In this document: positions 48,868-59,943 of the stretch, one piece after another | How positions within the stretch are numbered: position 1 is the first letter of the stretch | Layout: each line of letters opens with the position of its first letter | DNA from: Patescibacteria group bacterium | GTDB taxonomy: Bacteria; Patescibacteriota; Patescibacteriia; UBA1558; GWA2-36-10 | Assembly: GCA_018819405.1 (NCBI GenBank) | Contig: JAHJQF010000001.1 | Coordinates: 98,097-162,096, forward strand | Direction of reading: 5' to 3' | DNA length: 64,000 nt | Program-made: the position numbers and the translations under genes | The notes under the pieces: generated by a model | The model's database searches: none | Told to the model about the DNA's origin: nothing | What the model saw: only the letters and a program-made list of their open reading frames with translations

Positions 48868-49016
48868 TTTGGCCAGCTACATTCGCTTGTGGTCTTTGGC
48901 CAAAAAGAGTATTGTGTCCTCGATTCCAAAGAAAAAGCCTTGGGGCTCGGACTCGAGGAGAGCGAACGCAGTTGAGCCGAAAGACAAGAGACACTTCTTT
49001 AACGAAGTGCTTTTTT
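48868..49016 (+). ncRNA. Candidate structured RNA or 3' trailer between tRNA-Glu and a terminator
   Basis: GC-richer 150-nt stretch with the local stems TTTGGCC.../GGCCAAA and TCCTCGA/TCGAGGA. It ends with the hairpin CACTTC-TTTAAC-GAAGTG followed by a T6 run (48992-49016). The two track ORFs here overlap the tRNA and are rejected. Confidence 0.3.
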
Positions 49017-49037
49017 GTTGAATAAAATAGACCCACA

Positions 49038-49066
49038 TTGACACTTTTACTATTATGTGCTATTAT
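49038..49066 (+). promoter_or_regulatory. Consensus-like sigma70 promoter for the cold-shock gene, with a ~100-nt leader
   Basis: TTGACA, a 17-nt spacer, then TATTAT. A long 5' UTR is typical for csp genes. Confidence 0.55.
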
Positions 49067-49167
49067 ATTGGCGAGTAATAATAATTGCTCAAAAGTATAG
49101 TAAGAGTAGAAATGAAGTCGAGTTTCGAATTTACTATAGTTAATTCGCATTTATTTCTACATTTATC

Positions 49168-49365
49168 ATGCAAGGAATTATCAAAAAACTGACTGACAAA
49201 AACTTCGGTTTTATCAGCCCAGAAGACGGCGGAAAAGATCTATTTTTCCACGCCAACGAACTTAGCGGTGTCTCTTTTGACGAGCTACGTGAAGGCGATA
49301 ACGTCACTTTTGAAGTATCTGATACTCCAAAAGGCCCAGCTGCTACTTCAGTTAGCAAAGCCTAA
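49168..49365 (+). CDS. csp: Cold-shock protein (CspA family)
   Basis: GFGFISP, an RNP1-like motif. 65 aa. Confidence 0.9.
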   Translation: MQGIIKKLTDKNFGFISPEDGGKDLFFHANELSGVSFDELREGDNVTFEVSDTPKGPAATSVSKA

Positions 49366-49393
49366 AAGTATTCATACTTTTTAAAAATAAAAA

Positions 49394-49429
49394 CAACCCT
49401 GCACCATAACGGTGCAGGGTTGTTTTTTG
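49394..49429. terminator. Bidirectional terminator (AACCCTGCACC-ATAA-CGGTGCAGGGTT)
   Basis: 11-bp stem flanked by an A-run and a T-run, between convergent genes. Confidence 0.75.
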
Positions 49430-49432
49430 TTG

Positions 49433-50752
49433 TTATAATAAAAATGGTAAGTATAATTCTACAATTTTTTTGGCATTGGTAAGAAACGGCCAAAGATATT
49501 CTATGCCACCTATATCATAAATATAATATGGAGCCCAAACTCTAAAAAGACCTATTATATTTATCAAAAAAGAAATTAAAAATAAATAAATAAATAAATT
49601 TACCAGCTTATGCCCCGGTTTTTCTCTAAAAAGAAAAGTAATAAAAAAATATAAAATAGGTGTCGGTGCCAAAAACCAACGAAAGCCATAGGCAGCGCCG
49701 GCATAGGCTCGGGAGCCAAAAGCATAAAAAATATAAATAGCCAAAAATGTCAGTGCCACCAAAATAGCTTCCCAAAAAAAATCTTTGTTTTTATTTTTTA
49801 ATAATTTATAAAGCCCAAAAAATGATAATAGCAAAATAGGCGAATAGAAAAACAAGCCATGCGTACCAAAAAATATATTGAATGTATAGACAAGCAAAGA
49901 ATGCTTAAATATATTACCCTTTGCTTCTAAATTCCACATCTGTCCGTTGACAGACCACATTTCACTATGCAGTTGGGGTGGTAGTATATCGCCGGTAATC
50001 TGAATATTTAAATAAAGATGTAAAGAAAACAAAAATATCGCTGGTAAAATATAATAAAAAATATTTTTTGCCCCATAACGAAAAAAATAATAAATAAAAA
50101 ATCCACTAAAAAATGCTAAACCAGTTGGTAAGTCTATAACAGCAGCCAAAGCTGCTAAAAGTCCTGACCAAAAAATCCATTTTTTCTTAAAGCCCTGGAT
50201 TTTTAATAAACATAAATAATAAAAAGATATAAATAAAAATGAACCGGCTATTGTATGATTGTTAAAAACTGTAGAGTATGGCAAATACAAAGTTGCTAAC
50301 GCTAAGCCGGCCAAGAGACGATAGCGGTATTTTTTTTCAATATCTATCAAAATCAAAATTTGATAAAAGTAATATAAAAGTAATATAAAACTTCCCCCAA
50401 CCAACAATAAATTGATAACATAAACAGCTGGCAAAGAAAATCCATGGCTCAAAAAAGGCTTGGTCGGCAGCTCCCAGGAAAAGATATGGTAAAGAGGATA
50501 ATATATACCGGCCGCTACTACTGACAAAAATGGCGGCTTGGAAGAATAAAAATTTCCCTCTCTAAAAATCTTGTCATCTGTATTTACATTATTTTCTGTG
50601 ATAATAAAACTACCATTTTTGACTAATGAATTTATAGTCAGATAGCGCGAAGATGAATTGGTGCTAGGTATATCAGAATCAGTAAAAATAAAAAGAAAGG
50701 CCACAATAGCAAGCAAAAAAAAGGCTAATTTGTGCTTTTTAAAAAAACTCAT
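49433..50752 (-). CDS. GT-C-like polytopic membrane glycosyltransferase (ArnT/PMT_2-like)
   Basis: More than 10 TM helices. In an operon with the GT2 and CTP-transferase-like genes. Confidence 0.5.
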   Translation of the reverse strand: MSFFKKHKLAFFLLAIVAFLFIFTDSDIPSTNSSSRYLTINSLVKNGSFIITENNVNTDDKIFREGNFYSSKPPFLSVVAAGIYYPLYHIFSWELPTKPFLSHGFSLPAVYVINLLLVGGSFILLLYYFYQILILIDIEKKYRYRLLAGLALATLYLPYSTVFNNHTIAGSFLFISFYYLCLLKIQGFKKKWIFWSGLLAALAAVIDLPTGLAFFSGFFIYYFFRYGAKNIFYYILPAIFLFSLHLYLNIQITGDILPPQLHSEMWSVNGQMWNLEAKGNIFKHSLLVYTFNIFFGTHGLFFYSPILLLSFFGLYKLLKNKNKDFFWEAILVALTFLAIYIFYAFGSRAYAGAAYGFRWFLAPTPILYFFITFLFREKPGHKLVNLFIYLFLISFLINIIGLFRVWAPYYIYDIGGIEYLWPFLTNAKKIVELYLPFLL

Positions 50753-51693
50753 TTTTTGACTTTTATATAATAGTTTTTATTTTTTTTAAAATTAGCCCTG
50801 ACAATCAACTCCCCCAAAAAACCCATAGACACCAACTGAATACCGACTATTATCAAGAGTATACCCAAAAATAAAAGTGGCCGATTGCCAATCGGACCAT
50901 GGCCGAGAAACCATAAGGCTGATAGATAAATATTAATAACTAAGCCGGACAATATAGCCAATAAGCCCCAACCACCAAAAAAATGAGCTGGCTTGTATTG
51001 ATATTTGGTAATCAAAATAACATTTATCGGATCCAGTATATAATTTCTGATTCTCTTTAGCCCAGAGCGTCCGTATTTTGAATCACCGAATTGACGTTCA
51101 TTATGCTTTACTTTTAACTCACCAACTTTAAATCCCTGCTGATAGGCCAAAGCTGGTAAAAAACGGTGCAAGTCTCCATAAACATCCAAACTTTTTACTA
51201 CTTCGCTTTTATATATTTTGAATCCACAGTTGAAGTCATGTAATTTTAACCCCGTCATTATACTGACCGTAAAGTTAAAAATCTTAGATGAAATTTTTTT
51301 GACCAGAGGATCTTTGCGATCTATCTTCCAACCAGAGACCAAATCATAACCCTTATCAATCTCTGCCAGCAGGCGAGGTATCTCTGTAGGCTCATCCTGA
51401 AGGTCGCCGTCCATAGTAATTACCAAATCACCCAAAACCTCTTCAAACCCTACTGCCAAAGCAGCCGACTTACCAAAATTTCTCTTGAGTTGAATTATTT
51501 TCAATTTATTGTTCTGGCTTTTTATACTTTCCAATACAACTATACTATCATCTCTTGATCCGTCATCTACAAAAATAATTTCGTAGTCCATATTAGCCAA
51601 AACAGCTGACAATTTTTGATACAGTACAAGTATAGACTGCGCTTCATTATATATTGGTATAAGGATTGAAATTTTTCTACTGTGCTTTTCCAT
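50749..51693 (-). CDS. GT2 polyprenyl-phosphate glycosyltransferase (DPM1-like)
   Basis: ISILIPIYNE, DDGSRDDS and MDGDLQDEP motifs. C-terminal TM helices. Confidence 0.8.
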   Translation of the reverse strand: MEKHSRKISILIPIYNEAQSILVLYQKLSAVLANMDYEIIFVDDGSRDDSIVVLESIKSQNNKLKIIQLKRNFGKSAALAVGFEEVLGDLVITMDGDLQDEPTEIPRLLAEIDKGYDLVSGWKIDRKDPLVKKISSKIFNFTVSIMTGLKLHDFNCGFKIYKSEVVKSLDVYGDLHRFLPALAYQQGFKVGELKVKHNERQFGDSKYGRSGLKRIRNYILDPINVILITKYQYKPAHFFGGWGLLAILSGLVINIYLSALWFLGHGPIGNRPLLFLGILLIIVGIQLVSMGFLGELIVRANFKKNKNYYIKVKK

Positions 51694-51698
51694 ATAAT

Positions 51699-52295
51699 TT
51701 AAAATTTATTTTTTTGTAACTTGAGTAAAAAACAAATATAGTTTATAAGCGGATGGATAATAATAGATAAGGCTACAGCCGCAATGGCATTTTGCCAGCT
51801 TATCTGTATATAAAAAGACATAGTGATGATTGCTCCTGCTATCCAATCTATCTGATCATAAGGAAACCAAAGTGTGCCTGGCATTATATTTTTGCGGCGC
51901 TTGATAAAACAACGAAATAAATCTCCCAAAAGAGCCCCCGAAGCAGACAAAATACCCAGAGCCAAAAAATTTAACTTTGTATAATCATAAATATAATAAA
52001 ATTTATCTGGAGTATAGAACCTGACTTGGAGATAGGCCACCAAAACAGCTGCTATCATGCCAAAAAATAAGCCTCGCCAAGTTTTGTGATTACCAAATAT
52101 TCTTTTGTTTTTTAGGCTTTTACCAAAATCAACTGGGCAATCCAAAAAATCAATCCATCTAGAAAGACTGGCCATCATATTGGCCGCTCCAGCTGGCAAA
52201 AATAGCCAGACTAATGAAAAAAAATATTGCCAAAAATCCGCTAGCATAAGCTTTTTATATACTATAATAATACCTTGTTTTCTCCTATTATTCAA
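51699..52295 (-). CDS. CTP-transferase family membrane protein (CdsA/CarS/dolichol-kinase-like)
   Basis: HKTWRGLFFG (KTWxG) and GDLFRCFIKRRKNI resemble the CdsA/CarS conserved blocks. The true start may be an internal Met. Confidence 0.45.
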   Translation of the reverse strand: MNNRRKQGIIIVYKKLMLADFWQYFFSLVWLFLPAGAANMMASLSRWIDFLDCPVDFGKSLKNKRIFGNHKTWRGLFFGMIAAVLVAYLQVRFYTPDKFYYIYDYTKLNFLALGILSASGALLGDLFRCFIKRRKNIMPGTLWFPYDQIDWIAGAIITMSFYIQISWQNAIAAVALSIIIHPLINYICFLLKLQKNKF

Positions 52296-52347
52296 TAAAT
52301 AAGATAAATTTGCTATAATAATAATATAAATAACTAAAATAACTTTT

Positions 52348-53163
52348 ATGGACGCAAAAACACAGGCTAATAATCAAATTTTGACCAGAGATGTTTCTGA
52401 TCCTAATTCCGTTTCTCCAATAGCCAACCAAACATTCAACACTCCAGCGCCAAGCAATCCTATGACCGCCAATCAAATAGCCAATCAGGGTGAAGCCCTA
52501 AATTCATCCAATCCAATCTTAGCTCAAGCTGCTCAGCAAAAAATAAACGACCAAAGTGCAACGCCAGACCAATCTAACACTTCTCCTGGCTATACAGACA
52601 AAAAAAGTCAAACCCAAATATTTGGTAAAAGTGAATTGCTTGATGCCAACAAAATACTGTCTGAAACTTTATATATTACCAATGGAAAGAGAGTGGCCGA
52701 TCTTGGCGCTGGTGGCGGGATGTTTAGTTTGCAGGCAGCTAGACTAGTTGGCGACCAAGGCGTAGTATATGCCGTAGATATCATAAAAAATACTTTATTG
52801 GATATTGAATCAAAAGCCCGTATGTCCAAACTCTATAATATCAAAGCCGTTTGGAGTAATATTGAGATATTAGGCGCCACCAAAATACCAGAATCCAGCC
52901 TAGACTTTGTCCTACTGGTAAATGTCCTATTTCAATCTGACAAACATTATGAAATGATGGCCGAGGGCCATCGCCTACTCAAATCAGAAGGCAAAATGCT
53001 AATTATTGATTGGAGTACCACGGCCCCAGGTTTTACACCACAAAAAAACCGACAAATAAACCAAGCAAATATCAGAGAACATGCCAGTAAACTCAAATTG
53101 GTGTTGGAGCAAGAATTCCAAGCTGGCCAATACCACTTTGGTATGATATTTGTAAAACCATAA
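52348..53163 (+). CDS. SAM-dependent methyltransferase with a Q/N/P/S-rich low-complexity N-terminus
   Basis: VADLGAGGGMFSL (motif I) and DFVLLVNVLFQ. The first ~90 aa are compositionally biased. Confidence 0.6.
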   Translation: MDAKTQANNQILTRDVSDPNSVSPIANQTFNTPAPSNPMTANQIANQGEALNSSNPILAQAAQQKINDQSATPDQSNTSPGYTDKKSQTQIFGKSELLDANKILSETLYITNGKRVADLGAGGGMFSLQAARLVGDQGVVYAVDIIKNTLLDIESKARMSKLYNIKAVWSNIEILGATKIPESSLDFVLLVNVLFQSDKHYEMMAEGHRLLKSEGKMLIIDWSTTAPGFTPQKNRQINQANIREHASKLKLVLEQEFQAGQYHFGMIFVKP

Positions 53164-53175
53164 ACTATACAAAAA

Positions 53176-53228
53176 ACGGGCTTGACCCCGCCCTTCGTGA
53201 AGAGCGGGGTTGACGAGGCCTGTTTTTT
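53176..53228 (+). terminator. Long imperfect hairpin terminator
   Basis: GGGCTTGACCCCGC...GCGGGGTTGACGAGGCC followed by TGTTTTTT. Confidence 0.5.
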
Positions 53229-53261
53229 AATTTAACATATAAATACTTTTTAAAATAACTT

Positions 53262-53669
53262 ATGGATTTATCAAAATTTTTTAACTTATCTTACCTTTTT
53301 AACCGTTTTCCTGAGGCTGGATTTTCTTGGCCGATGAGAATTACTCTATTGATTATTTTTTTGGGAGCCATCGTCCTGGCCATATTTGCCCAATTAAAAT
53401 ACAAAAAATCTGCCGGCTTATTAAAAAATGTCTGGTACAAATTACAAGTTTGGGGATGGACCACCGGAATAATAGGCCTGACTTTTTTCTATTTTAGAGA
53501 AGTCAGAGCTATTTATATCAGTGCCCGCGGTTGGTTGTTATTATTTTTACTAATAGAATTGATCTGGCTGGTATATATTATCAAATACTGGCAGACCAAA
53601 ATTCCACAAAAAGAACAAATCATCCAAAAAGAAAAAGAATTTGATAAATGGCTACCTAAGAAAAAATAA
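53262..53669 (+). CDS. Small membrane protein (3-4 TM)
   Basis: Hydrophobic ORF of 135 aa. Confidence 0.4.
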   Translation: MDLSKFFNLSYLFNRFPEAGFSWPMRITLLIIFLGAIVLAIFAQLKYKKSAGLLKNVWYKLQVWGWTTGIIGLTFFYFREVRAIYISARGWLLLFLLIELIWLVYIIKYWQTKIPQKEQIIQKEKEFDKWLPKKK

Positions 53670-53712
53670 TAAATTATCACAAATAAATAAAAACAGGCCC
53701 TAGTCTGTTTTT

Positions 53713-54057
53713 ATGTTTTATAAAAAACAATTCGGCCAGCGGGGTGAAAAAATTGCCCTAAAATATTATCAGTCAAAAGGCTATAAATATATTGCCCAAA
53801 ATTTTTATACCCGCTATGGAGAGATTGATTTAATTTTACAAAAAAATCAACAAATGTTGATAGTAGAAGTAAAAACCCGCTCCAGCCTGAATTTTGGTTG
53901 GGGTGAAGAAAGTATCAATAATAAAAAAATAAATAATATACAAAAAGCCTATCAAATTTTTTGCCAAAGATATAAAACCGAAGCAAATTACAAAATAGAA
54001 ATTTGTATTGTAGAAATAATAAACGGCCAAAATAAAATAAGAACTTTTGAAATATAG
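53713..54057 (+). CDS. yraN: YraN-family (UPF0102) endonuclease-like protein
   Basis: QRGEKIALKYYQSKGYKYIAQNF...GEIDLIL...IVEVKTR matches the UPF0102 pattern. Confidence 0.75.
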   Translation: MFYKKQFGQRGEKIALKYYQSKGYKYIAQNFYTRYGEIDLILQKNQQMLIVEVKTRSSLNFGWGEESINNKKINNIQKAYQIFCQRYKTEANYKIEICIVEIINGQNKIRTFEI

Positions 54058-54205
54058 TCCTTGACTAATAAAAAAAAATAAGCTATATTTACCTACGATG
54101 AAAGTTAGTTTACTATAGTAGACTAGCTCTTTTTTATAAACGACGTAGGGCGAGGAGTTTATATATAATATAAGCAAATAATTAAATTAATTAAAGAAAA
54201 AAATT

Positions 54206-55447
54206 ATGGCAAACAACAATATTGCCGCTGCCATCAAACTAATTGCTGAAGAAAAAAACCTTTCTATGGAAGCTATTATTGGGGCTATAGAAGCCGCTTT
54301 AGCCGCTGCCTATCGCAAGGAATTTGGCAACAAAAATCAAAACATCAAAGTAGTATTTAACGCTGACAACGGCCAAGCCGCTGTTTTTGATGTTAAAACT
54401 GTGGTTGAAGATGTAGATTTGGAAGAAGAGGAAAAAATGGTAGAAGAGCAAAAAAATAGAAAAGAGGCTGGTGAAGAGATTCCGGAAGAAGAGCTCATAA
54501 AGAGATTTAATCCCCGAAGTGAGATGATGCTTTCTGAGGCTCAAAAAATCAATACTGACTACAAAATCGGTGATATTATTGAAACTAAGCTGGAAGTACC
54601 AGAGGAATACGGACGCATGGCCGCCCAAACCGCCAAACAGGTGATTGTCCAGCGTCTGAGAGAAGCCGAACGTGATCACATATTCAATGAGTATAAAGAT
54701 AAAGAAGGCCAATTAGTCTTGGGCACTATCCAAAGAAAAGAAGGCCGACGCTATATAGTAGACCTAGGACAAGCCAATGCCATCCTAACCCCTGAAGAAC
54801 AGATCAGAACCGAAGGATATAATATTGGCACTCGTCTAAATTTTTATATTGTAGAAGTAAGGATGGGAAATAAAGGACCAGAAATAATTTTGTCCCGTAC
54901 TCACCCCGAAATTGTCCGTGAGCTTTTTGCTACCGAGGTACCAGAAATTGCTGCCGGTACAGTAGAAATTAAAAACATTGCCCGTGAAGCTGGCTCACGC
55001 TCTAAGATAGCTGTAGTAGCTACCGAAGAAAATATAGACCCCGTAGGGTCATGTGTCGGTCAACGTGGCTCAAGAGTCCAGACTGTCATCAATGAACTAG
55101 GTGGAGAAAAAATAGACATTATAGAATGGGAAGAAGACGTAAAATCCTTTATTGCCAACTCTCTATCTCCGGCTGAAATAGAAAGTATAGAAATCAACGA
55201 AGAAGCAAAAACCGCTTCAGTAAAGGTGGCTAATGATCAATTGTCTTTGGCTATAGGCCGCAGTGGACAAAATGCCCGTTTAGCTGCCAAATTGACTGGC
55301 TGGAAAATAGATATTATATCTGCTGAAGACGGAGATAAAATGTCTGCTAAAGGTGATGACAAAAAATCAGAAGAAAAAGCAAAAAAAGAAAAAACTGATG
55401 ATGACAAAAAATCAGAAGAAAAGTCATCTAAAAAATCTAAAAAATAA
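54206..55447 (+). CDS. nusA: Transcription termination/antitermination factor NusA
   Basis: N-terminal domain, S1 and two KH domains ([21 protein letters not shown]). K/E-rich tail. Confidence 0.9.
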   Translation: MANNNIAAAIKLIAEEKNLSMEAIIGAIEAALAAAYRKEFGNKNQNIKVVFNADNGQAAVFDVKTVVEDVDLEEEEKMVEEQKNRKEAGEEIPEEELIKRFNPRSEMMLSEAQKINTDYKIGDIIETKLEVPEEYGRMAAQTAKQVIVQRLREAERDHIFNEYKDKEGQLVLGTIQRKEGRRYIVDLGQANAILTPEEQIRTEGYNIGTRLNFYIVEVRMGNKGPEIILSRTHPEIVRELFATEVPEIAAGTVEIKNIAREAGSRSKIAVVATEENIDPVGSCVGQRGSRVQTVINELGGEKIDIIEWEEDVKSFIANSLSPAEIESIEINEEAKTASVKVANDQLSLAIGRSGQNARLAAKLTGWKIDIISAEDGDKMSAKGDDKKSEEKAKKEKTDDDKKSEEKSSKKSKK

Positions 55448-55464
55448 CTAACAATAAACTCATT

Positions 55465-57516
55465 ATGTCCAACGTAATTTTATTGGCTATTTTAGCTTCA
55501 CTTATCTCCATAGTTTTTGGAATTCTGCTAATAAAGAAAATTTTGAAAAGCCCAAGTGGCGATGAAAAAATGCAAGAAATTGCATCAGCTATACAAGCTG
55601 GTGCTAAAGCATACTTAAATAGGCAATATAAAACCATTGCTTATCTAGCTGTGGTCTTATTTATTGTCCTAGGCTTTGCCATAGACTGGGGAACTGCTCT
55701 AGCCTTTTTGGTAGGCGCTGTCTTATCAGCCGCAGCTGGAATCATTGGTATGAATGTATCAGTCCGCACCAATGTCCGTACTGCCGAAGCTGCTAAAAAA
55801 GGTATCCAACCAGCTATGAGGTTGGCTGTATTAGGTGGTTCAGTGACTGGAATGCTGGTAGTTGGCCTAGCTCTATTGGGAGTAGCCGGCATGCTTGCTC
55901 TACCATTTATCACTGTCAAACATCTAGTTGGCCTAGGTTTTGGTGGCAGTCTTATCTCTGTATTTGCTAGACTTGGTGGTGGTATTTTCACCAAAGCAGC
56001 TGATGTCGGCGCAGATCTCGTAGGAAAAGTTGAGGCTGGTATCCCAGAAGATGACCCGAGAAACCCAGCTGTGATAGCCGATAATGTGGGTGACAACGTT
56101 GGAGATTGTGCTGGTATGGCCGCTGATCTTTTTGAAACTTATGCTGTGACTTTAGTAGCCGCTATGCTCCTAGGATCTTTGACTTTCAAAGATGCCAGTG
56201 GACTGCCTCTAGAAAATCCTATCTTGTATCCTCTAGCTCTGGGAGCAGTAGCAATCTTTACTTCACTAATCGGTTTATTTTTTATTAGACTTTCCAAAAA
56301 CAAGTCCGTTGAAGAGATAGAAAAAAATGACGGCATCATGAAGGCTCTTTACAAAGGCTTGATTGCTGCTGGTGTCCTGACCGTTGTTGCTTTCTTTTTT
56401 GTCACCAAATATATGATGTCTGATTTAATCAGTACTGATTACCTAAATATATACTATGCTAGTTTGGTAGGATTGGTTGTAACTGCATTTATTGTTTGGA
56501 TAACCGAATATTATACATCCACAAAATACAAACCTGTAAAATCAATTGCCAAAGCTTCTGAGACCGGACACGGCACCAATATTATTCAAGGTTTGGCCGT
56601 CAGTATGAAAGCCACCGCCTGGCCAGTACTGGTGATTGTAGCTGGTATTATAGCTGCTTATAGCTTTTCAGGCCTCTACGGCATTGCTGTTGCCGCTATG
56701 AGCATGCTATCACTAGCTGGTATTATAGTTACTATTGATGCTTATGGACCAATCACTGACAATGCCGGAGGTATTGCCGAAATGGCCGAATTACCAGAGG
56801 AAGTAAGGAATGTTACCGATCCTCTAGATGCCGTGGGTAATACTACCAAAGCTGTAACCAAGGGCTATGCCATTGCTTCCGCTGGTTTGGCTGCCTTGGT
56901 TTTGTTTGCTGCTTACACTGAAGATCTGGCTGCTTTAGGCAAAAATATATCATTTAACCTAGATGAGCCTTATGTTCTAGCTGGATTATTTATCGGCGGC
57001 TTGTTGCCTTATATCTTTGGCGCATTATCCATGGAAGCGGTTGGCAAAACTGCTGGCTATGTAGTCCAAGAAGTGCGCAGACAATTCAAAGAAATGCCAG
57101 GCATTATGGACCGAACTCAAAAACCAGACTACACCCGAGCTGTAGATATAGTAACCAAAGGAGCTCTAAAACAAATGATTATCCCAGCTCTTATCCCAGT
57201 GCTATCTCCAATACTTATCATGCTTATCTTTAGAGACAACGGCTGGCAAGTACTAGGTGGCACTCTGGTTGGCTCTATTATCACTGGAATATTTCTTGCT
57301 ATTTCGATGACTTCTGGGGGAGGAGCTTGGGACAATGCCAAAAAATATATTGAAAGCGGTCACCACGGCGGCAAAGGATCTGATGCTCACAAAGCCGCTG
57401 TGACAGGTGATACTGTCGGCGATCCTTATAAAGATACTGCCGGTCCAGCTATTAACCCAATGATTAAAATTTTAAATGTGGTTGCACTTCTTCTCATTGC
57501 TGTGCTTCTCGCCTAA
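55465..57516 (+). CDS. hppA: Membrane-bound proton/sodium-translocating pyrophosphatase
   Basis: [16 protein letters not shown] and DNAGGIAEM signature motifs. 683 aa, 16 TM. Confidence 0.95.
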   Translation: MSNVILLAILASLISIVFGILLIKKILKSPSGDEKMQEIASAIQAGAKAYLNRQYKTIAYLAVVLFIVLGFAIDWGTALAFLVGAVLSAAAGIIGMNVSVRTNVRTAEAAKKGIQPAMRLAVLGGSVTGMLVVGLALLGVAGMLALPFITVKHLVGLGFGGSLISVFARLGGGIFTKAADVGADLVGKVEAGIPEDDPRNPAVIADNVGDNVGDCAGMAADLFETYAVTLVAAMLLGSLTFKDASGLPLENPILYPLALGAVAIFTSLIGLFFIRLSKNKSVEEIEKNDGIMKALYKGLIAAGVLTVVAFFFVTKYMMSDLISTDYLNIYYASLVGLVVTAFIVWITEYYTSTKYKPVKSIAKASETGHGTNIIQGLAVSMKATAWPVLVIVAGIIAAYSFSGLYGIAVAAMSMLSLAGIIVTIDAYGPITDNAGGIAEMAELPEEVRNVTDPLDAVGNTTKAVTKGYAIASAGLAALVLFAAYTEDLAALGKNISFNLDEPYVLAGLFIGGLLPYIFGALSMEAVGKTAGYVVQEVRRQFKEMPGIMDRTQKPDYTRAVDIVTKGALKQMIIPALIPVLSPILIMLIFRDNGWQVLGGTLVGSIITGIFLAISMTSGGGAWDNAKKYIESGHHGGKGSDAHKAAVTGDTVGDPYKDTAGPAINPMIKILNVVALLLIAVLLA

Positions 57517-57522
57517 ATAACT

Positions 57523-58803
57523 ATGCAAATTACCAAAAAAGACTTAGAGAAAAACCAAGTCGAGCTTACTATCGAAGTATCAGTTGAAGAAATCAAGCCT
57601 CATCTGGAAAAAGCTGCCCAAAAAATTTCTGCCCAACATAAACTACCAGGCTTTCGTCCCGGTAAAGCACCCCTGGAAATGGTCAAAAATAAATTTGGCG
57701 AAATGATGCTACTTCAAGAGGCCTTAGATTTTGTAATATCTGATTCATACTTTAAAGCTATCACCCGCGAAAAACTAGAAGCTGTCGGACAGCCTCAAAT
57801 CAATGTTGAAAAAATGGCTCCCAACAATCCGATAGTTTACAAAGCTATTGTCTCATTGCTACCAAAAGTAACTCTGGGCGAGTGGCAAAAAGAAGAGGTA
57901 AAAAGACAAGAAGCCAAAGCCACTCAAGAGGATATAGATAAGACCTTGGAGCAATTAGCTACTATGAATGTCAAAGAAACCGTAGCAGACAGAATTTCAA
58001 AAAAAGGTGACAAAGTAGAAGTGGATTTTGAAGTCCTGATAGATAAAGTAGTAATTGAGGGCGGTAAAAATCATAAATACCCAGTAGTCTTGGGGGAAAA
58101 CAAAATGATTCCTGGCTTTGAAGATCACCTTGTTGGTCTAAAAGCCAAAGATAAAAAAGAATTTGAGTTAAAATTCCCAGACAAATATTTTGAAAAAAAT
58201 CTAGCTGGAAAATTAGCTACTTTCAAAGTAGAGGTGGTGGCGGTTTATGAAAGAGAAATGCCAAAACTAGACGACACTTTTGCTAAAACTATTGGTTTTG
58301 AAAGCTTGACTAAGCTCAAGGAGCAACTTGAACAAAATATTACTCAAGACAAGGAACTCAAAGAACGCCAACGCTTAGAAGGCGAATTAATATCTGCCTT
58401 GGTAAAATCAGCGACTATTGGTGATGTACCTGAAAATCTGATTGAAAATGAAATCCATAAAATGTCTCATGAATTGGAGCACAATATCCGCAGCCAAGGT
58501 ATGGATATGGCTGGATACTTAAAATCTATCAACAAAACTCAAGAGGATCTAAAAAAAGATTTTAAACCACAAGCTCTGGAAAGAATAAAAGCTGCTTTAG
58601 TTCTACGCCAACTATCAATAGAAGAAAAACTAAAAGTGGAAGAAAAAGAAATTGACCAAGAAATTGCCAAGCAAAAAGAAACATACAAAGGCAATCAGGA
58701 AGCTACCAAAAACATAGAAGCCACAAACTACCGTCAATACTTGGCCAATATGATGACCAACCAAAAAGTAATAGACTTTATTACTGACAAAATAGTTAAA
58801 TAA
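57523..58803 (+). CDS. tig: Trigger factor
   Basis: N-terminal ribosome-binding domain, PPIase-like middle domain and C-terminal arm. 426 aa. Confidence 0.8.
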   Translation: MQITKKDLEKNQVELTIEVSVEEIKPHLEKAAQKISAQHKLPGFRPGKAPLEMVKNKFGEMMLLQEALDFVISDSYFKAITREKLEAVGQPQINVEKMAPNNPIVYKAIVSLLPKVTLGEWQKEEVKRQEAKATQEDIDKTLEQLATMNVKETVADRISKKGDKVEVDFEVLIDKVVIEGGKNHKYPVVLGENKMIPGFEDHLVGLKAKDKKEFELKFPDKYFEKNLAGKLATFKVEVVAVYEREMPKLDDTFAKTIGFESLTKLKEQLEQNITQDKELKERQRLEGELISALVKSATIGDVPENLIENEIHKMSHELEHNIRSQGMDMAGYLKSINKTQEDLKKDFKPQALERIKAALVLRQLSIEEKLKVEEKEIDQEIAKQKETYKGNQEATKNIEATNYRQYLANMMTNQKVIDFITDKIVK

Positions 58804-58812
58804 ATAAAAAAA

Positions 58813-58848
58813 CAGCCCTGCATCGTAACGGTGCAGGGATGTTTTTTT
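58813..58848 (+). terminator. Rho-independent terminator (CCCTGCATCG-TAA-CGGTGCAGGG) after tig
   Basis: Same hairpin family as 49394-49429. Followed by a T7 run. Confidence 0.75.
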
Positions 58849-58887
58849 ATTTGATTAAAAATGCTATAATTTATATATAAATAAAAT

Positions 58888-59673
58888 ATGTATAAAAAAG
58901 AATTAAAAATTGCCAAGCAAGCAGCGAAGTCTGCCGGAAAATTTCTTAAAAAAGAATTTTTTAATTTTGACCAAAAAATAGATTATAAAACCGGCAATGA
59001 AAGAGTCACTCGCTACGACAAAGAGGCCAATAAAATAATTTTGAACAAGCTCCGTAAAAATTTCCCAGACTATGGAGTGTTGTCCGAAGAAAGCGGTCAG
59101 ACTGATAAAGATAGCCCCTATACCTGGATAATAGATCCACTTGATGGCACTACCAATTTTACCATTCATCACACCCTGTTTGCTGTAACTATTGCCCTTC
59201 TTTATAAAAATAAGGTTGTCATGGGCGTGATATATAATCCAATACTTGATGAAATGTACTGGGCTACTGAAAATAATGGGTCTTATAAAAATGGCCAAAA
59301 GCTAAAAGTTTCCGCCAAAACAGACTTGAAAAAATCTATTATCACCTATTGCCACGGCTCAGGAAAAACAAACACAGAAAAAGCTTATCGTCTATATAGA
59401 CACTTCCATGATATATCCCATCACTGCCGACATTTTGGCTGTACAAGTTTGGAGCTAGCTATGTTGGCAGCGGGTGACACTCAAGCACATATGATTAGTG
59501 GGGCTAAAATTTGGGATATATCCGCCGGGACAATTATTATCAAAGAGGCTGGTGGCAAAGTCACTGATTGGAAAAATAAAACTTGGAATAAAGAATCCAA
59601 AACAATCCTAGCCGCTAATAAAAAAATACACCCCTTGTGCCTAAAAGAGCTAAAGAAAGTAAGGCTTGCCTAA
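58888..59673 (+). CDS. suhB: Inositol monophosphatase family protein (SuhB-like)
   Basis: WIIDPLDGTTNF and WDISAG motifs. Confidence 0.8.
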   Translation: MYKKELKIAKQAAKSAGKFLKKEFFNFDQKIDYKTGNERVTRYDKEANKIILNKLRKNFPDYGVLSEESGQTDKDSPYTWIIDPLDGTTNFTIHHTLFAVTIALLYKNKVVMGVIYNPILDEMYWATENNGSYKNGQKLKVSAKTDLKKSIITYCHGSGKTNTEKAYRLYRHFHDISHHCRHFGCTSLELAMLAAGDTQAHMISGAKIWDISAGTIIIKEAGGKVTDWKNKTWNKESKTILAANKKIHPLCLKELKKVRLA

Positions 59674-59704
59674 AATATAATTTTTTGCTAAATTAGACAT
59701 CCGT

Positions 59705-59779
<75 letters not shown>

Positions 59780-59867
59780 CTCGACTCGCTACGCTCGCTC
59801 GTGGTCTCCGACCATGATTTAAAAGTTGAGTGTCCAAAGCTTGCCGAGAGACAAATGTGAGATAATT

Positions 59868-59889
59868 TATCTCATTTTTTGTTTACAAA
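59868..59889 (+). terminator. Terminator after tRNA-Cys
   Basis: GAGATAA-TT-TATCTC followed by ATTTTTT. Confidence 0.55.
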
Positions 59890-59894
59890 AAAGC

Positions 59895-59927
59895 AGCTTA
59901 CAAAAGCTGTTTTTTTAATCCTATGGT
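59895..59927. terminator. Bidirectional terminator between the convergent tRNA transcripts
   Basis: AGCAGCTT-ACAA-AAGCTGTT flanked by an A6 run and a T7 run. Confidence 0.6.
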
Positions 59928-59943
59928 ACCGGCGATCGGACTC

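Noticed and set aside
48744-49150. Track ORFs 48744..49025 (+) and 48827..49150 (-)
   Set aside because: They overlap tRNA-Glu and a terminator hairpin on both strands. Their Arg/Pro-rich translations are typical of read-through of structured RNA, not of proteins.
55641-56096. 151-aa minus-strand ORF inside hppA
   Set aside because: Antisense to conserved pyrophosphatase motifs. Pro/Ala/Thr-rich artefact.
59780-59868. Possible extra tRNA or ncRNA between tRNA-Cys and the terminator; 11-nt match (TCGCTACGCTC) to the 80-bp hairpin repeat
   Set aside because: No cloverleaf could be folded. The short shared core may be chance. Left as an open note only.
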